A stretch of DNA of 64,000 nucleotides, from the NCBI GenBank assembly GCA_977017575.1, contig CDRNVI010000073.1, forward strand, positions 62,001 to 126,000. Direction: 5' to 3'. This document shows, piece after piece, positions 21,789 to 32,846 of this stretch (position 1 is the stretch's first letter; each line of letters opens with the position of its first letter). The DNA is from Paramoeba atlantica (Eukaryota > Protista > Discosea). The notes under the pieces were generated by a model, which did no database searches, was not told the DNA's origin, and saw nothing but the letters and a program-made list of their open reading frames with translations. The position numbers and the translations under genes are program-made.

Positions 21789-22607
21789 ATGTATACCACT
21801 AGTATTTTGTATAATACGCGGCAATCGGATACGCAGCCATCCGCATCAAAACGAGGCAAGAAAGAAGAAATCACATCAATAGCATGTGGCGAGACAACAC
21901 TAACCAGTATCGCTGTTGGTCGTACTGGAAAAATACGTGGGACATATTTACCTCAAGAATATCAACTCGCGTTTCTTGTTGAAAACGTCACAAATCAACT
22001 TCTTTCCTGGAATACATCGACACCTGCATGTGAGTGGCACGGCATAAAATGTGATGACGGTTTAAATGTGTCTCAGATTGAATGGAAATTTTTGATTTCA
22101 TTCAAATTGAAAGGAACACTGCGATGGGACAAGATCCCCAAAACGGTACTCTACTTTGATGTAAGCAGCAATCACTTATCTGGCACCATAGAACTTGCAC
22201 AATTACCTCAACCTTTGGCCCAACTTTGGCTGCACTGCAACCGATTCGAAGGCACTGTAGATCTTACCCATCTTCCACCGAATTTAACGAAACTATGCTT
22301 GTGGGACAATAATCTTTCCGGTGGTGTTGATCTCAGCTGTTTGCCATCCAAAATTACATATCTGAACTTGTCTTCGAATAAATTTACTGGATCAGTAGAT
22401 CTCGAACACCTTCCCCCGTTTCTTCACGCGCTCAACTTGCAAGACAACGAATTATCTGGTCTTGTGTCATTTGATAGTCTTCCGAGAGGAATTGCCACAC
22501 TGGGACTAAGCGGTAATGGGGAACTTTATGGCCAAACTGATTTCTTAATTCTTCCTCGTTCTTTAAGAGATTTCAGTCGAGGACCAAAGATAAAGCTTTT
22601 TGGATAG
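21789..22607 (+). CDS. LRR-family protein
   Basis: RTGKIRGTYLPQEYQL, SWNTSTPACEWHGIKC cap, about six LRRs. Confidence 0.9.
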   Translation: MYTTSILYNTRQSDTQPSASKRGKKEEITSIACGETTLTSIAVGRTGKIRGTYLPQEYQLAFLVENVTNQLLSWNTSTPACEWHGIKCDDGLNVSQIEWKFLISFKLKGTLRWDKIPKTVLYFDVSSNHLSGTIELAQLPQPLAQLWLHCNRFEGTVDLTHLPPNLTKLCLWDNNLSGGVDLSCLPSKITYLNLSSNKFTGSVDLEHLPPFLHALNLQDNELSGLVSFDSLPRGIATLGLSGNGELYGQTDFLILPRSLRDFSRGPKIKLFG

Positions 22608-22755
22608 GGCCTACTGAAAATGTATTAGAAACTTAGAGGGTAGCCATCGCCCAAGTGACAGTATTCCGCCATATTCTGCCGATCACAGGAGAATTATCCC
22701 ATGGCAGGTAGAGTATCAAGCAATAAGCTTTCGCTATTGTGCCTATTCACGCATT

Positions 22756-22823
22756 AAGATAAGATAAGATAAGATAAGATAAGATAAGATAAGATAAGAT
22801 AAGATAAGATAAGATAAGATAAG
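22756..22823 (+). repeat. Perfect (AAGAT)13 microsatellite
   Basis: 13 uninterrupted units plus AAG. Confidence 0.97.
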
Positions 22824-24245
22824 CGTGGCTGAGAGGGCGGTGGGAACGTGGCGGGGAGAAGGGGAACACAAAGGGAAAACGTGGCGGGGAGACTAAAATA
22901 CAATACGTTTACGCGGCTTTGTAAACTCAACTATGGATATAAACAACATTGATAGATCAAAAAGGTTTTACAAGGGTTTTACAAGGATCTCGTATCGGCG
23001 CGGCGAGCGAGAAGCCTCAACCTGGTCGGGGTTAAGGGTTCCTCTTCGTCGCATATGGGGCTCCGGAGCCTCTAGCGGAAATGGGTACGGGCTAGGGAGG
23101 GAGCTCGCCGGCAAACTGGGAAGGTGGTTCGCGGGCGGGTCTGAGCGCTCTACCAGAAGGGCGTACCTTTCGTCGCACCGGGACAGGAGTAGGTGGAATC
23201 GGAGGGGGTCGCTGCTGCGTGGGTAGAGGGGGGCGCACGGGAGGGCACGAAAGGGACTTTCCGCTTCGGTGATCTATCGCGCTCCTGGCGTGGCTCCGAC
23301 GGAGCCCGGAATCGTTGGGATCTCATGACACTAAAACTACTACAAAAAACGTAGTACGAAGTAACAGCCAACAAGGTAGAGAATTTTTTGCTTCACTATC
23401 TATCACTATCGTCAAACACGCAAAAGTACTGCACCCTGAGATGTCCATAATAACAAAAGTAAAAGCACAAGACGTAAACAAAGCCAAAAAGTGGGTGTAA
23501 ATGACTCAAAGCTATCAAGAAAATCCTTTTTCGTGTAAATTTTTTTGTTAAAAGAAATTGAAAAAAAAGATTGAAATTTAGGGTACAGTTTGACTGCATA
23601 TTACCCAAGGAATTTACTTCCCCACCTTCGTTATTTTTTCACCCATCAACTCCATATTTGTGTAACATAGAAACTTCACAGCATACTAAAAAATGCATAT
23701 CCTTTCCTCTTCCGACAGCCCCGAACGTAAGAAACGTAAATTGACCTCCTCCCCAAGCCCACAGAGCGTCCAAAACGACAGCTCTATCCTCCCTGCTCGA
23801 CGCAAACCCTCAAAGGTCCGAGGGACCGATCTCCCTCATGAATACGCCATGGAGAAATTTTTGCACAATGTTTCCTACCGGGATACCTCCTGGACGGTAC
23901 ACAATCCCATACAGGACTGGGCCTGGATCTCCTGTGATGTTTCGCATCAAGTCACATGGGTTTCATGGGGGAGGCACCCGCTCGGGGGGATGCTCGCATG
24001 GTAGAGTCTCCCCTCTACGGTTCATTGGTTAAATTTAAGTGGAGAGACGAAGCGAGAGATATGGCTAAGTGGCTCCGTGCCTTTTTATGCTCTTCCCGAT
24101 ACGTTGACACGTCTGAATTTGTTTCGTCAAGAATTTGTGGGGAAGGTAGAAATATCTGCTTTGCCTCGGTCCTTGGTGAATATGGGGTTGAACTTTAACC
24201 AATTTTCAGGGCCTCTTGATCTCACGTGTTTACCGCCGCAGAGTA

Positions 24246-27200
24246 ATAATATCTGTACCTTGTTGTTGTTTTTTTTCTTCCCTACCCTTTACAACGACAT
24301 GTTTTGCTTACTACTAGGGAAGGGCACACACCAGGCGTCGCAGGACTCTCCTAAGAGACCACGCGACGTGTCTAACCAAAACAAAAACCTGTCCCTGAAA
24401 GGCACTCCCACAGACAGGGTTGCAAAATCTGCTACCCGAACCGTCCAGGCTCTCATATCCCAAAAGAACAATGAGTCCCTTACCAGCGACACAGGAGAAG
24501 CACCCCCAGCTCCATGCAAACATCCTTGTAAGGACAAAAGCACCTGCGGACACCCCTGTTGCAAGCGGGGTGTAACGCGGCCACATATCCTGGTCACTCC
24601 TCACACAAACGAACTTCCCCCTCACCCCGTCCCCCCCACCACACAACAAACGGTTCCGGAATGCAAACACCGCTGCAAGGACAAAGCTCACTGTGAACAC
24701 CCGTGCTGCAAACGACACCTGGTACGCGTAGCAAAACCGGATACGTACAACAATAAGAGAAGTGACGCACCGGTGGATGCAAGAGAAGACGTGAAGGTGA
24801 TCACGGCTGTGAGTGTAATGCCGGTACAACGTAGCACACCCTGTAAGCATGTCTGTAAAAACAAACAGACCTGCGGGCACCCATGTTGCAAACGTAATCT
24901 TACACCAACAACATACGAACTCACGAGCACTACGGCGAGCGGTCAAGAACCCGGGCCCAAAGAAGCTCCAAGTACGCGACAAAGGGACGAAACGTCACCG
25001 CCATGCACGCGTGACCGCGTAACACAGGATGTGAAAGTACCGAAATCAAGCAACCTACTAGGCATGGCAGCGCGAGCTGCAACACGATATCTGTTTTCAA
25101 GCCGCACTCAACCGTACGCTAACGGCACTCCCTCAACCCCGGCGGTAACCGTACGACCTCACAGCAGCACCGGACAGGAACGCTTGTCGTACACGATAGC
25201 ACCCTGTCCAAAAGACGAACACGATTTACATGTACCCCCACCCAAGGAGGTTATTCCCCATCAAAAATCACCCACTGTTACCGTCGGTCGTGCCGTCGCA
25301 TCAACTGCCTGCTCGCTTGCCAAATTCCTACTTTTCAACGGCGTTCCATGTCAAACTCCGGACTCCCAAAGCCTCCCCAAACCTAAATCTCCAACACAAC
25401 TTCAGGTCCACGCCTTAACTAGCGTATGCAAGCATATCTGCAAGAGTAAAGATCAATGTAAGCACGTGTGCTGCAAGCAAGGCCTAGGCCCCGCCTCCGA
25501 ACAAGCAGACCGTGTCGAGCCCTGTAAGCATAAATGTAAGAACAAAGCAGGGTGCGGCCATCCTTGCTGCAAACGCACTGGCACACCGTTGACTTCGCTC
25601 GACACACCGATAAACAAACTCGATGGGCAGGATACTCTACCCACCGGCCCATGTACCCTTCCCAAGAATCTCGTCACACCGTCCCTAAACGCAACCACTA
25701 CGACAGCTGACCGTGCCGTTGCCAGGGAACCAACCATCCCGACTCCCAAAAACAAGGCACCGGAAAGTATCATTCTCTTGGACTCACCTTCCCCAGCACA
25801 CCAACACAGTCCGCGGAATGAGAATGGCGATGACGAAGTCCCATCCTGAGTTTTCCAACAAGCGCACAGCGTAGGGCGAATACAAAGCCCGCCGCTTGAA
25901 CAAGGAAGCCTCTTACCCCCATCACAACTGGACACCCATTTACATTCGGATGAATCCGAGGGTCCCCAGATTCCCACACAAACTCCCGACAGCCCGTCAC
26001 AGTATCTCCCGCCGCCCCAGGACCCCGTAACCCATAACCGACACAAGCAACGTTTCCACTTTATCCAGTCCCGGTCAAAACCTGTCAAACTCCGCCTCGT
26101 CAACGACAACACATGGAGATATTTCCCGGATGTGCATGCAGCATGCGTAAGCCAACTTGTGCGTAGTCGTATCCCTTCCCCCCAGGGGGCTGAAGCCGCC
26201 CTGTCCAAAGCGCTCAATGGGAAAAGTGCAGCACACGACATCGTCGTAGAAACGTGTACCGTAGACGAACTTATGGAAAAGAGAGCGTGTGACTTTTTAG
26301 AAGTTAGTAGAGTAGACTCAACAAGTCACATTTCTTGCCACGCGAACTGGGTATCTCTTTTTCACGACAGCCGCCTGGAATTATACAACCTCTACGCATC
26401 ACCTAGCTCAATGGGTAAAGCGGTAAACAAGGTACTGAACGGGAGAGCGGTCCCTGGGTTATCGGCGTTTCGGATCGTTCTGCTCCTTCGCACCGACGAC
26501 AAAGAAGAAGTACAGCCATCAAAGCCCCAAACGGTCCCAACACTTCCACCATACGAGATTATTTCGCGTGACCACGCCTCCTCCTTGAAGCGGACGCACC
26601 CATGCCAACATCGATGCATAAGTAAACTCAAATGCAGCCATCCATGCTGCAAAATCTATGGACCATCCCTCGATCAGGGAATCGAAGGAGACTCTGAGGG
26701 GAGCCCCAACGCAGGACAAGAGCAAGAACACCCCGAACTTAACCCCCCCACTTCCGCTTCCTCTCCGAGACTACTCGACGAGACGGAGTACCTTTTCCGC
26801 ACGGCACGATACATCCAGGGGGGCAAGTTAAACATAAACTTGGCTGACGCGCACTGGCACGAGGTGGAACGTAGGGCCCTCCACAGATGCAACACCTTGC
26901 TCACTGTCTCTGGCGACGCACTCTCCGCCGTCCATAACGCAGAACTACTGAGTGCAATACTAGCGGTGTCGGCATATGAAGTGGCGCGAGACGTCGACTC
27001 CAGGAAGGGTTTCATTATCCGAACGGCTCGAGGACATATAAAGGGGAAAGTCCGTCCATTAGAAAGCGAAAAAGTTGCCTTTTCCTTCTCTCGACATGTA
27101 AAACAACTACAAATGAAGCTGCGATACACACACGGCAAGGCTCCCCGCATGGCGTTGAAACAAAAGATTAAGGAAACCAAAAAGGCGGAACGTATATACA

Positions 27201-29810
27201 GCGCAGAAGCCATGGCCCAAAAACGGGAACTGGAAAGTCGCTGGGCACTTCAACAATTCAACCGCAATCCATGGACGGCTGCGAGTCAAACCTTGGACAA
27301 AAGGACAGAAGCAGAAAGTGTACCGGCCTATCCGACTTGCAATGTACAGAAAGTGGAAAGTGTGTTCACAACATTACTTACGGACCCCACTACAGTGCAT
27401 CACTTACCACCCCACGACGTCCTCGGAAACCGTCCTCTGGCAGAAATGACCTGGGACGAACTGGCTTCAATCGACATTTCGAACGCTCTCACATCAAAGA
27501 AAAACAGCAGTGCTCCAGGCCAGGACTCCATTACGTACCAGACTCTAAAGCGATGCCACAGCTCCCACACCCACATGGCAAACGTCTTCAACGCGCTAGT
27601 GCGCTTCAGCACATGTCCGACGTCGTGGAAAATATCCGTCACTCGCCTCATTTACAAAAAAGGGGAGCCTGACAACCCACAAAACTGGCGTCCCATCAGC
27701 CTGACTAGCGTACTAGGGAAACTCCTGCATTCCATCATCAGCCGGAAAATGACGAAATTCCTACTTGAAGCCTCTGTCATTGACCCCAAGATACAGAAAG
27801 GCTTTCTCCCCGCCATTAACGGTACTCTCGAACATACGCAATCCCTCTCAGAGCTCCTACGCCACTACCGGAAGAACAAGTGGAACTACTGCATGGCCCA
27901 GCTAGACCTCAGTAACGCCTTTGGTTCAGTCCCCCGCAACATCATCTTTGAAGCACTGGAATGGGCGAGAATCTCCCCAAACATTATTAAATACGTCCAA
28001 TGCTTATACACTGACGCAAGTACCCGCATTAAATGTTACGAAGGTCTGTCCAGCGCGATCCCAGCTAAACGAGGTGTCTTACAAGGTGACACTCTCTCTC
28101 CTACGCTCTTTCTGGTGATTATGGAGCTAGCCCTACGTTACATGGCAAAATCGTTTCCCTCATTTGGGTTGAACCTCCCTGGATTTCCAAAAAGCTTCCT
28201 AAAAGCGTACGCCGACGATCTCACGGTCCTGACGAATAGTGAAAAAGAAATGCAACTGGCTGTTGAAACACTATCCACGGTACTCGGTTCGCTTGGCCTT
28301 TCCATCAACGTCAAAAAGTGCAGAGTCCAATGTATGGCGTCCAAGAAAAATGATGAACACCCCGGCTACATGACACGACGTCCTCAAATTTTCATCAAGA
28401 ACGAAGCTATACCGCATATATGCGACGAAGGAAGTACGTTTCTTGGCATGAATATTGCCCCCGGTTCCCAACAATCCCGAGCCCTTTTCACGAAAGTTAG
28501 GCCCTTATTGAAGCGATGGCTTCATAACATTGACCAGTCGGCCCACGACCTCCCATCAAAAATTTGGATATATCAACACGCAATCATCTCTCGGCTACGC
28601 TTCACCTTTACTATACACCCATGTATCACGCTCAACTTTATTTTACGCCTTCAGAAAATGTGTACTCACTCCCTGAAACGGTGGATCAATGCGGCTAGAA
28701 CTACATGCAGCGAAGCAATCTACTCTCAGCGTGGATGGAACATCTGCAGCTTGTCCAGACTCTGGGAGGACTGTACAGCTGATCTTCTCTGTCAAATGAA
28801 GCGGTCCCGAGACCCGAACGTTACCGCCGCACTGCAGGAAAGAATACGGGCTGAAGAACATAAGCGCAGGAAAGGCCAAATTCGACCAGCATGTGACATC
28901 ACACACATACTGGAGGATCGCGACCTCGCAAAACGAACTCTTCTTGAGCTTAATGAGGACCGAATGATCAACGCACTACGCCGCAGGTCAACGTTCGCTA
29001 TTCAGTGGTGGGATATAGCCTCCGAGGAAGAACAGGCGAAAGATTTCAGCGCCGCGATAAACGGACTACGTAGCACTTCCCTTAGCCGCTTCGCAACTTC
29101 TTTAATGGTACAAAACACTCTCCCTACTAGGACAATGCTAAGGACATGGGGAATTCACGGCACAGATACAGTACAATGCCGAATTTGTAAACAAGAACCG
29201 GAAACATTACGACACCTCTTATCCTCGTGCAAGGTATCACTAGAACAGGGACGTTACACATATCGCCATGATTGTGTACTCTCCACCTTTGCAAACGCGA
29301 TACTCTCTTCCCCCCATACCGCAGAGGCACATTTTGATCTCCCACACCTACGTCAACTACCCGCATGGTGGTCCGACCTGGAAACACAGCTTCGCCCAGA
29401 TGGAATCGTCAAACTCAACGACGGAACTGAATTTATCGTTGAGTTGACGATGCCCTGGGAGGAAAACGTACACGAAGCCCACTGCCGAAAAGTAGAAAAG
29501 TACATAAATATTCTACACCGACGAAAAATAAGGTACTCAGACTGCCACTTAATATGCTTTGAAGTTGGAGCTAGAGGTCTCCCTTCTACGACGCTGCGTC
29601 ACATCAACCGTCTCTTTTTGGGTGACAAGGCACTCTCAGATAAGTGCCGTGTCGAAGTCATCCGAACGGCGATCCGGAGCAGCTTTCAACTCTGGCTGAA
29701 AAGGGAATCCCCTTTATGGGACAACCAAAGCTTTGGTTAGCAAATGGTCTAGCAGGCGACGTCATATGCGTACGTCCTGTTAGACTTTATTACTCTACAG
29801 GTAATGCCCT
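24246..29810 (+). mobile_element. Full-length RLE-type non-LTR retrotransposon, HERO-clade-like
   Basis: GTA on both sides (24243-45, 29811-13; 3-bp TSD or microhomology); intact RT motifs (WRPISL, QKGF, DLSNAFGSV, GVLQGDTLSP, YADDL); CCHC knuckle CRICKQEPETLRHLLSSC, RHD, RPD, IVELTMPWE, KVEKY, EVGARG; 70-nt 3' UTR without poly(A). Confidence 0.93.
24299..29740 (+). CDS. Retrotransposon polyprotein: six CxHxCx5CxHxCC motifs, RT and RLE, one frame with a single internal TGA (25847-25849)
   Basis: First ATG inside the element is 24299; I read the frame codon by codon from the TGA to 26132 and found no further stop, so track ORFs 24077..25849 and 26132..29740 are collinear. Confidence 0.85.
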
Positions 29811-30192
29811 GTATAGATATAATATTGAATAATAATTATTTTTCAGGGAACATCGATCTTAGTTCTCTGCCACCGTTGCTTTTTATTTTTCACTTGGAAT
29901 GGAATCTATTCGAAGGGATCGTAGACGTCTCATCTCTTCCAAAGCGTATTTATATACTCAATCTTAGTAGAAATCCGTTGGATAAGATTATTCCAAATCC
30001 TTTACCTCCTTGTGTTGTATTCGCCCCCTCTTAGAATGTGGGTACAAAACTTTTTTTTGCACATCAAAGTTTGAAAGAGCTTCTTATAAGAATTAATGGT
30101 TCCTCTTCAATTTGCCATACGAAAGCATAACTTATTTCAACAATTTATTTCGGCTTTATTCTCACAGTTTCTAACAAAAAACCCACTGAATT

Positions 30193-31008
30193 ATGAACAG
30201 CACACTATTACCCCGATCAACAGGAAAAGTACGGGGCGCTTCTTTGCCCGCGATATATGATCTCATTCGCTTTTGCAAAGGCCTTGAGAATCCACATGCC
30301 AGCTGGTCGGAGTCCACTCCTGTTTGCGAGTGGGATGGAGTGCAATGTACCCCGGAGAAGGAGGTGAAAAGTATTTTTTGGTATCGTCGATCTCTTCGCG
30401 GTGCGCTACACTGGGCGTCTCTCCCAGCAAGTATCCGAGAACTGCACATGTATGGAAACTCTTTTAGAGGAACTCTTCCTTTGCAGGATATTTCTATGGG
30501 GTTAGAGATATTGGATGCTCACGCGAATGTGTTGCAAGGTGAACTATCTCTAAGCAATCTTGTTTCGTCCTTTTTGGTGATACGTCTTTCACGAAATTCG
30601 TTTTCTTCTACAATAGATGTAACTCAGCTTCCTGATCTTCGTGTGCTGGAAGTCGCAATAAACAAACTTTACGGAACTGTTGATCTTTCTTACTTTCCAC
30701 CAAGTCTATTGCAAGTTTCTTTTTCTCGCAATCAGTTTAGCGGTCCGCTAAATTTGGGCCAACTCCCAAACGGTATACGCTCTTTCGACGCTTCTCATAA
30801 TTCTTTTAGTGGAGATTTAGACTTGCGCTTCCTGCCCGCCTCTTTGGAATTCTTACGCCTTGCGAATAATGAACTAGGACCTCGTCTTCTTCAGTGGGAT
30901 GAGGATCATATCCCTCCGTATCTCCGTTGTGTTATCATCTCTGAAAATTGTTTTTGGAGAACTGAAATCAGATCATTGTCATCTATTTTCAAACTAGATG
31001 CTGCATAG
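30193..31008 (+). CDS. LRR-family protein
   Basis: TGKVRGASLPAIYDL, SWSESTPVCEWDGVQC cap, LRRs. Confidence 0.88.
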   Translation: MNSTLLPRSTGKVRGASLPAIYDLIRFCKGLENPHASWSESTPVCEWDGVQCTPEKEVKSIFWYRRSLRGALHWASLPASIRELHMYGNSFRGTLPLQDISMGLEILDAHANVLQGELSLSNLVSSFLVIRLSRNSFSSTIDVTQLPDLRVLEVAINKLYGTVDLSYFPPSLLQVSFSRNQFSGPLNLGQLPNGIRSFDASHNSFSGDLDLRFLPASLEFLRLANNELGPRLLQWDEDHIPPYLRCVIISENCFWRTEIRSLSSIFKLDAA

Positions 31009-31446
31009 GCTCCAATTTAGAATTTAGGGCTTGCGAAACAGACATTTTTCTCTATTGAACCACTGCCCAGTTTAACGTGTCTATGACATGTTGCTCTGTC
31101 GGGAGTACACTGTAAACAGCGCGGGGGTTTAAATTTGTTATTGCCACAACCCGGGATTCGGATTACCGTTTAACTTGCATATTACCGTTTAAATTGGCAC
31201 GTTACCGTTTACGAATGTAAACGGTAACCCGACAGACGGGTTACTTGTCGTTAATAACACTTGCCGTTACATTCAATATTTCTCACAGCATACCCTCTAA
31301 TGAGATGGGTTGATTACTTCATACAATAAAACAATAGTTTCCATGTATGAAGACTTACTCCATTTATGCCACTAATATTTTGTATCATAATAAATTATTT
31401 TGTATCGGATGCACAGCCACCAATATTTTAATTTATTCATCTTCCA

Positions 31447-32553
31447 ATGTCACCCCATTCCGTAAATATTTTACAGCGTAGATACTTTGTAGCACTAGGC
31501 TTCGTGCTCACAGTATTCTTTAGCTCTAGTATTCGAACAGCTGACGAGTTCCCCCAACCACCCCCACAAAAACGACGCAAATTTGGCAGCAAAGTGAGCT
31601 CTGTGACGCTCTCTGAGATTGACCTCATGCGTCAGTTTGTTCAACATGTGAAAAATGCTCCTCCCTCCTGGGGTAAGCGATCCTCTGTGTGTAAATGGAA
31701 AGGGATAAAATGCAACTCTGACTCACAAGTTACACATCTCAATTGGAGTCGTAGTGATATTGGTGGGAACCTCACGTGGAGTTATTTACCTCTTCACCTT
31801 GTTGAACTTATAGCAAACCAACCATATCGCGGAGGGTTCACAGGAACATTAGCCTCAACCGATTTAAATGCCCCACTGACAACATTTCACGTGTCGTTAC
31901 ATTCGCATCACGGATTTTTCGGCTTTGCCAACCTTCCCTCACAGATGATAAGTCTTGATATCGGAAGAAATCATTTGGAAGGTCCCGTTGATCTTACTCA
32001 GCTTCCTCCACTGATTGAAAATATTGTAGCGCATGGAAATCGTTTTCAGGGCAGCATAGATCTCACCGCAATGCCCGCAACCTTACATAGGCTTCTACTA
32101 CACGAAAATCAATTGAGCGGCGCACTTAATCTAACTCAGTTGCCAAAAACTCTTAAAAGGCTTAATTTATCAGTGAATCAGTTCGAAGGTCGCATTGAGC
32201 TCTCCGCGTTACCCGCAGCATTAGATGTGCTTAATCTAAATGAGAATCGTCTAAGTGGAGCGCTTCATTTTGAAAATTTTCCTCCCTCTCTCGGGGAGAT
32301 TTCATTGAACCACAATGCGTTTGAAGGGCCATTGATTGTACCGCAAGTTCCGCCCTCTATGCATTTGCTCGATGTTTCTACAAATAATATCACTGGCGTG
32401 TTTGATACAACACCTAATCGTTATCAAAAGGTGGGTTTCCGCGTGACTGACAACCATTTTGATGCGTTGATTCAGGAAAAGAAGGTTAAACACATAGTCT
32501 ATATTGAGCCCGAAGTTTTACGGTACACTGAAAAGGAATACGCCGCCCTCTAA
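31447..32553 (+). CDS. LRR-family protein (longest member, hydrophobic N-terminal segment)
   Basis: YFVALGFVLTVFF, SWGKRSSVCKWKGIKC cap, about nine LRRs. Confidence 0.88.
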   Translation: MSPHSVNILQRRYFVALGFVLTVFFSSSIRTADEFPQPPPQKRRKFGSKVSSVTLSEIDLMRQFVQHVKNAPPSWGKRSSVCKWKGIKCNSDSQVTHLNWSRSDIGGNLTWSYLPLHLVELIANQPYRGGFTGTLASTDLNAPLTTFHVSLHSHHGFFGFANLPSQMISLDIGRNHLEGPVDLTQLPPLIENIVAHGNRFQGSIDLTAMPATLHRLLLHENQLSGALNLTQLPKTLKRLNLSVNQFEGRIELSALPAALDVLNLNENRLSGALHFENFPPSLGEISLNHNAFEGPLIVPQVPPSMHLLDVSTNNITGVFDTTPNRYQKVGFRVTDNHFDALIQEKKVKHIVYIEPEVLRYTEKEYAAL

Positions 32554-32846
32554 GAATCTAGCCATACACACGAATACCTTCACTAAATTAGCAAATTTCT
32601 GTATTTTGTGCCTTTTTGATAAATAGATTATACATAGATTGCATCATAGATTCTTATATTGTGTTTTCTAGAATACAATTGGTTTTATTTTGCTTTTTGG
32701 GCTCTAATCTAAACGCGGAGGTAGTTTTCAACGCGAAACAATGACTGCTAACAACCTCAGAATTGCTTACCCAAAATTCATTACTCGTTAGCATCTGTAT
32801 ATTCCCTTTTTTACAAATTCACAATGTTAATCGAACCTATGTCCTC

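Larger units (their letters stand above)
23693..30034 (+). pseudogene. LRR-family gene split by the retrotransposon (23693-24245 joined to 29814-30034), also with in-frame TAG at 24002-24004
   Basis: Removing 24246-29813 gives LTCLPPQ-SIDIILNNNYFSGNIDL, in register with paralogue VTCLPPKIIEIKLNDNIFLG; LAW*SLP where paralogues have WE. Confidence 0.88.

Noticed and set aside
22738-23330. Firm solo-LTR call for the GC-rich insert
   Set aside because: TG...CA ends can be drawn, but no matching 4-6-bp TSD was found.
24077-24298. Track ORF start 24077 as an LRR-retrotransposon fusion protein
   Set aside because: It is the interrupted LRR frame reading by chance into the element from a GTG downstream of a premature TAG; no evidence of translation.
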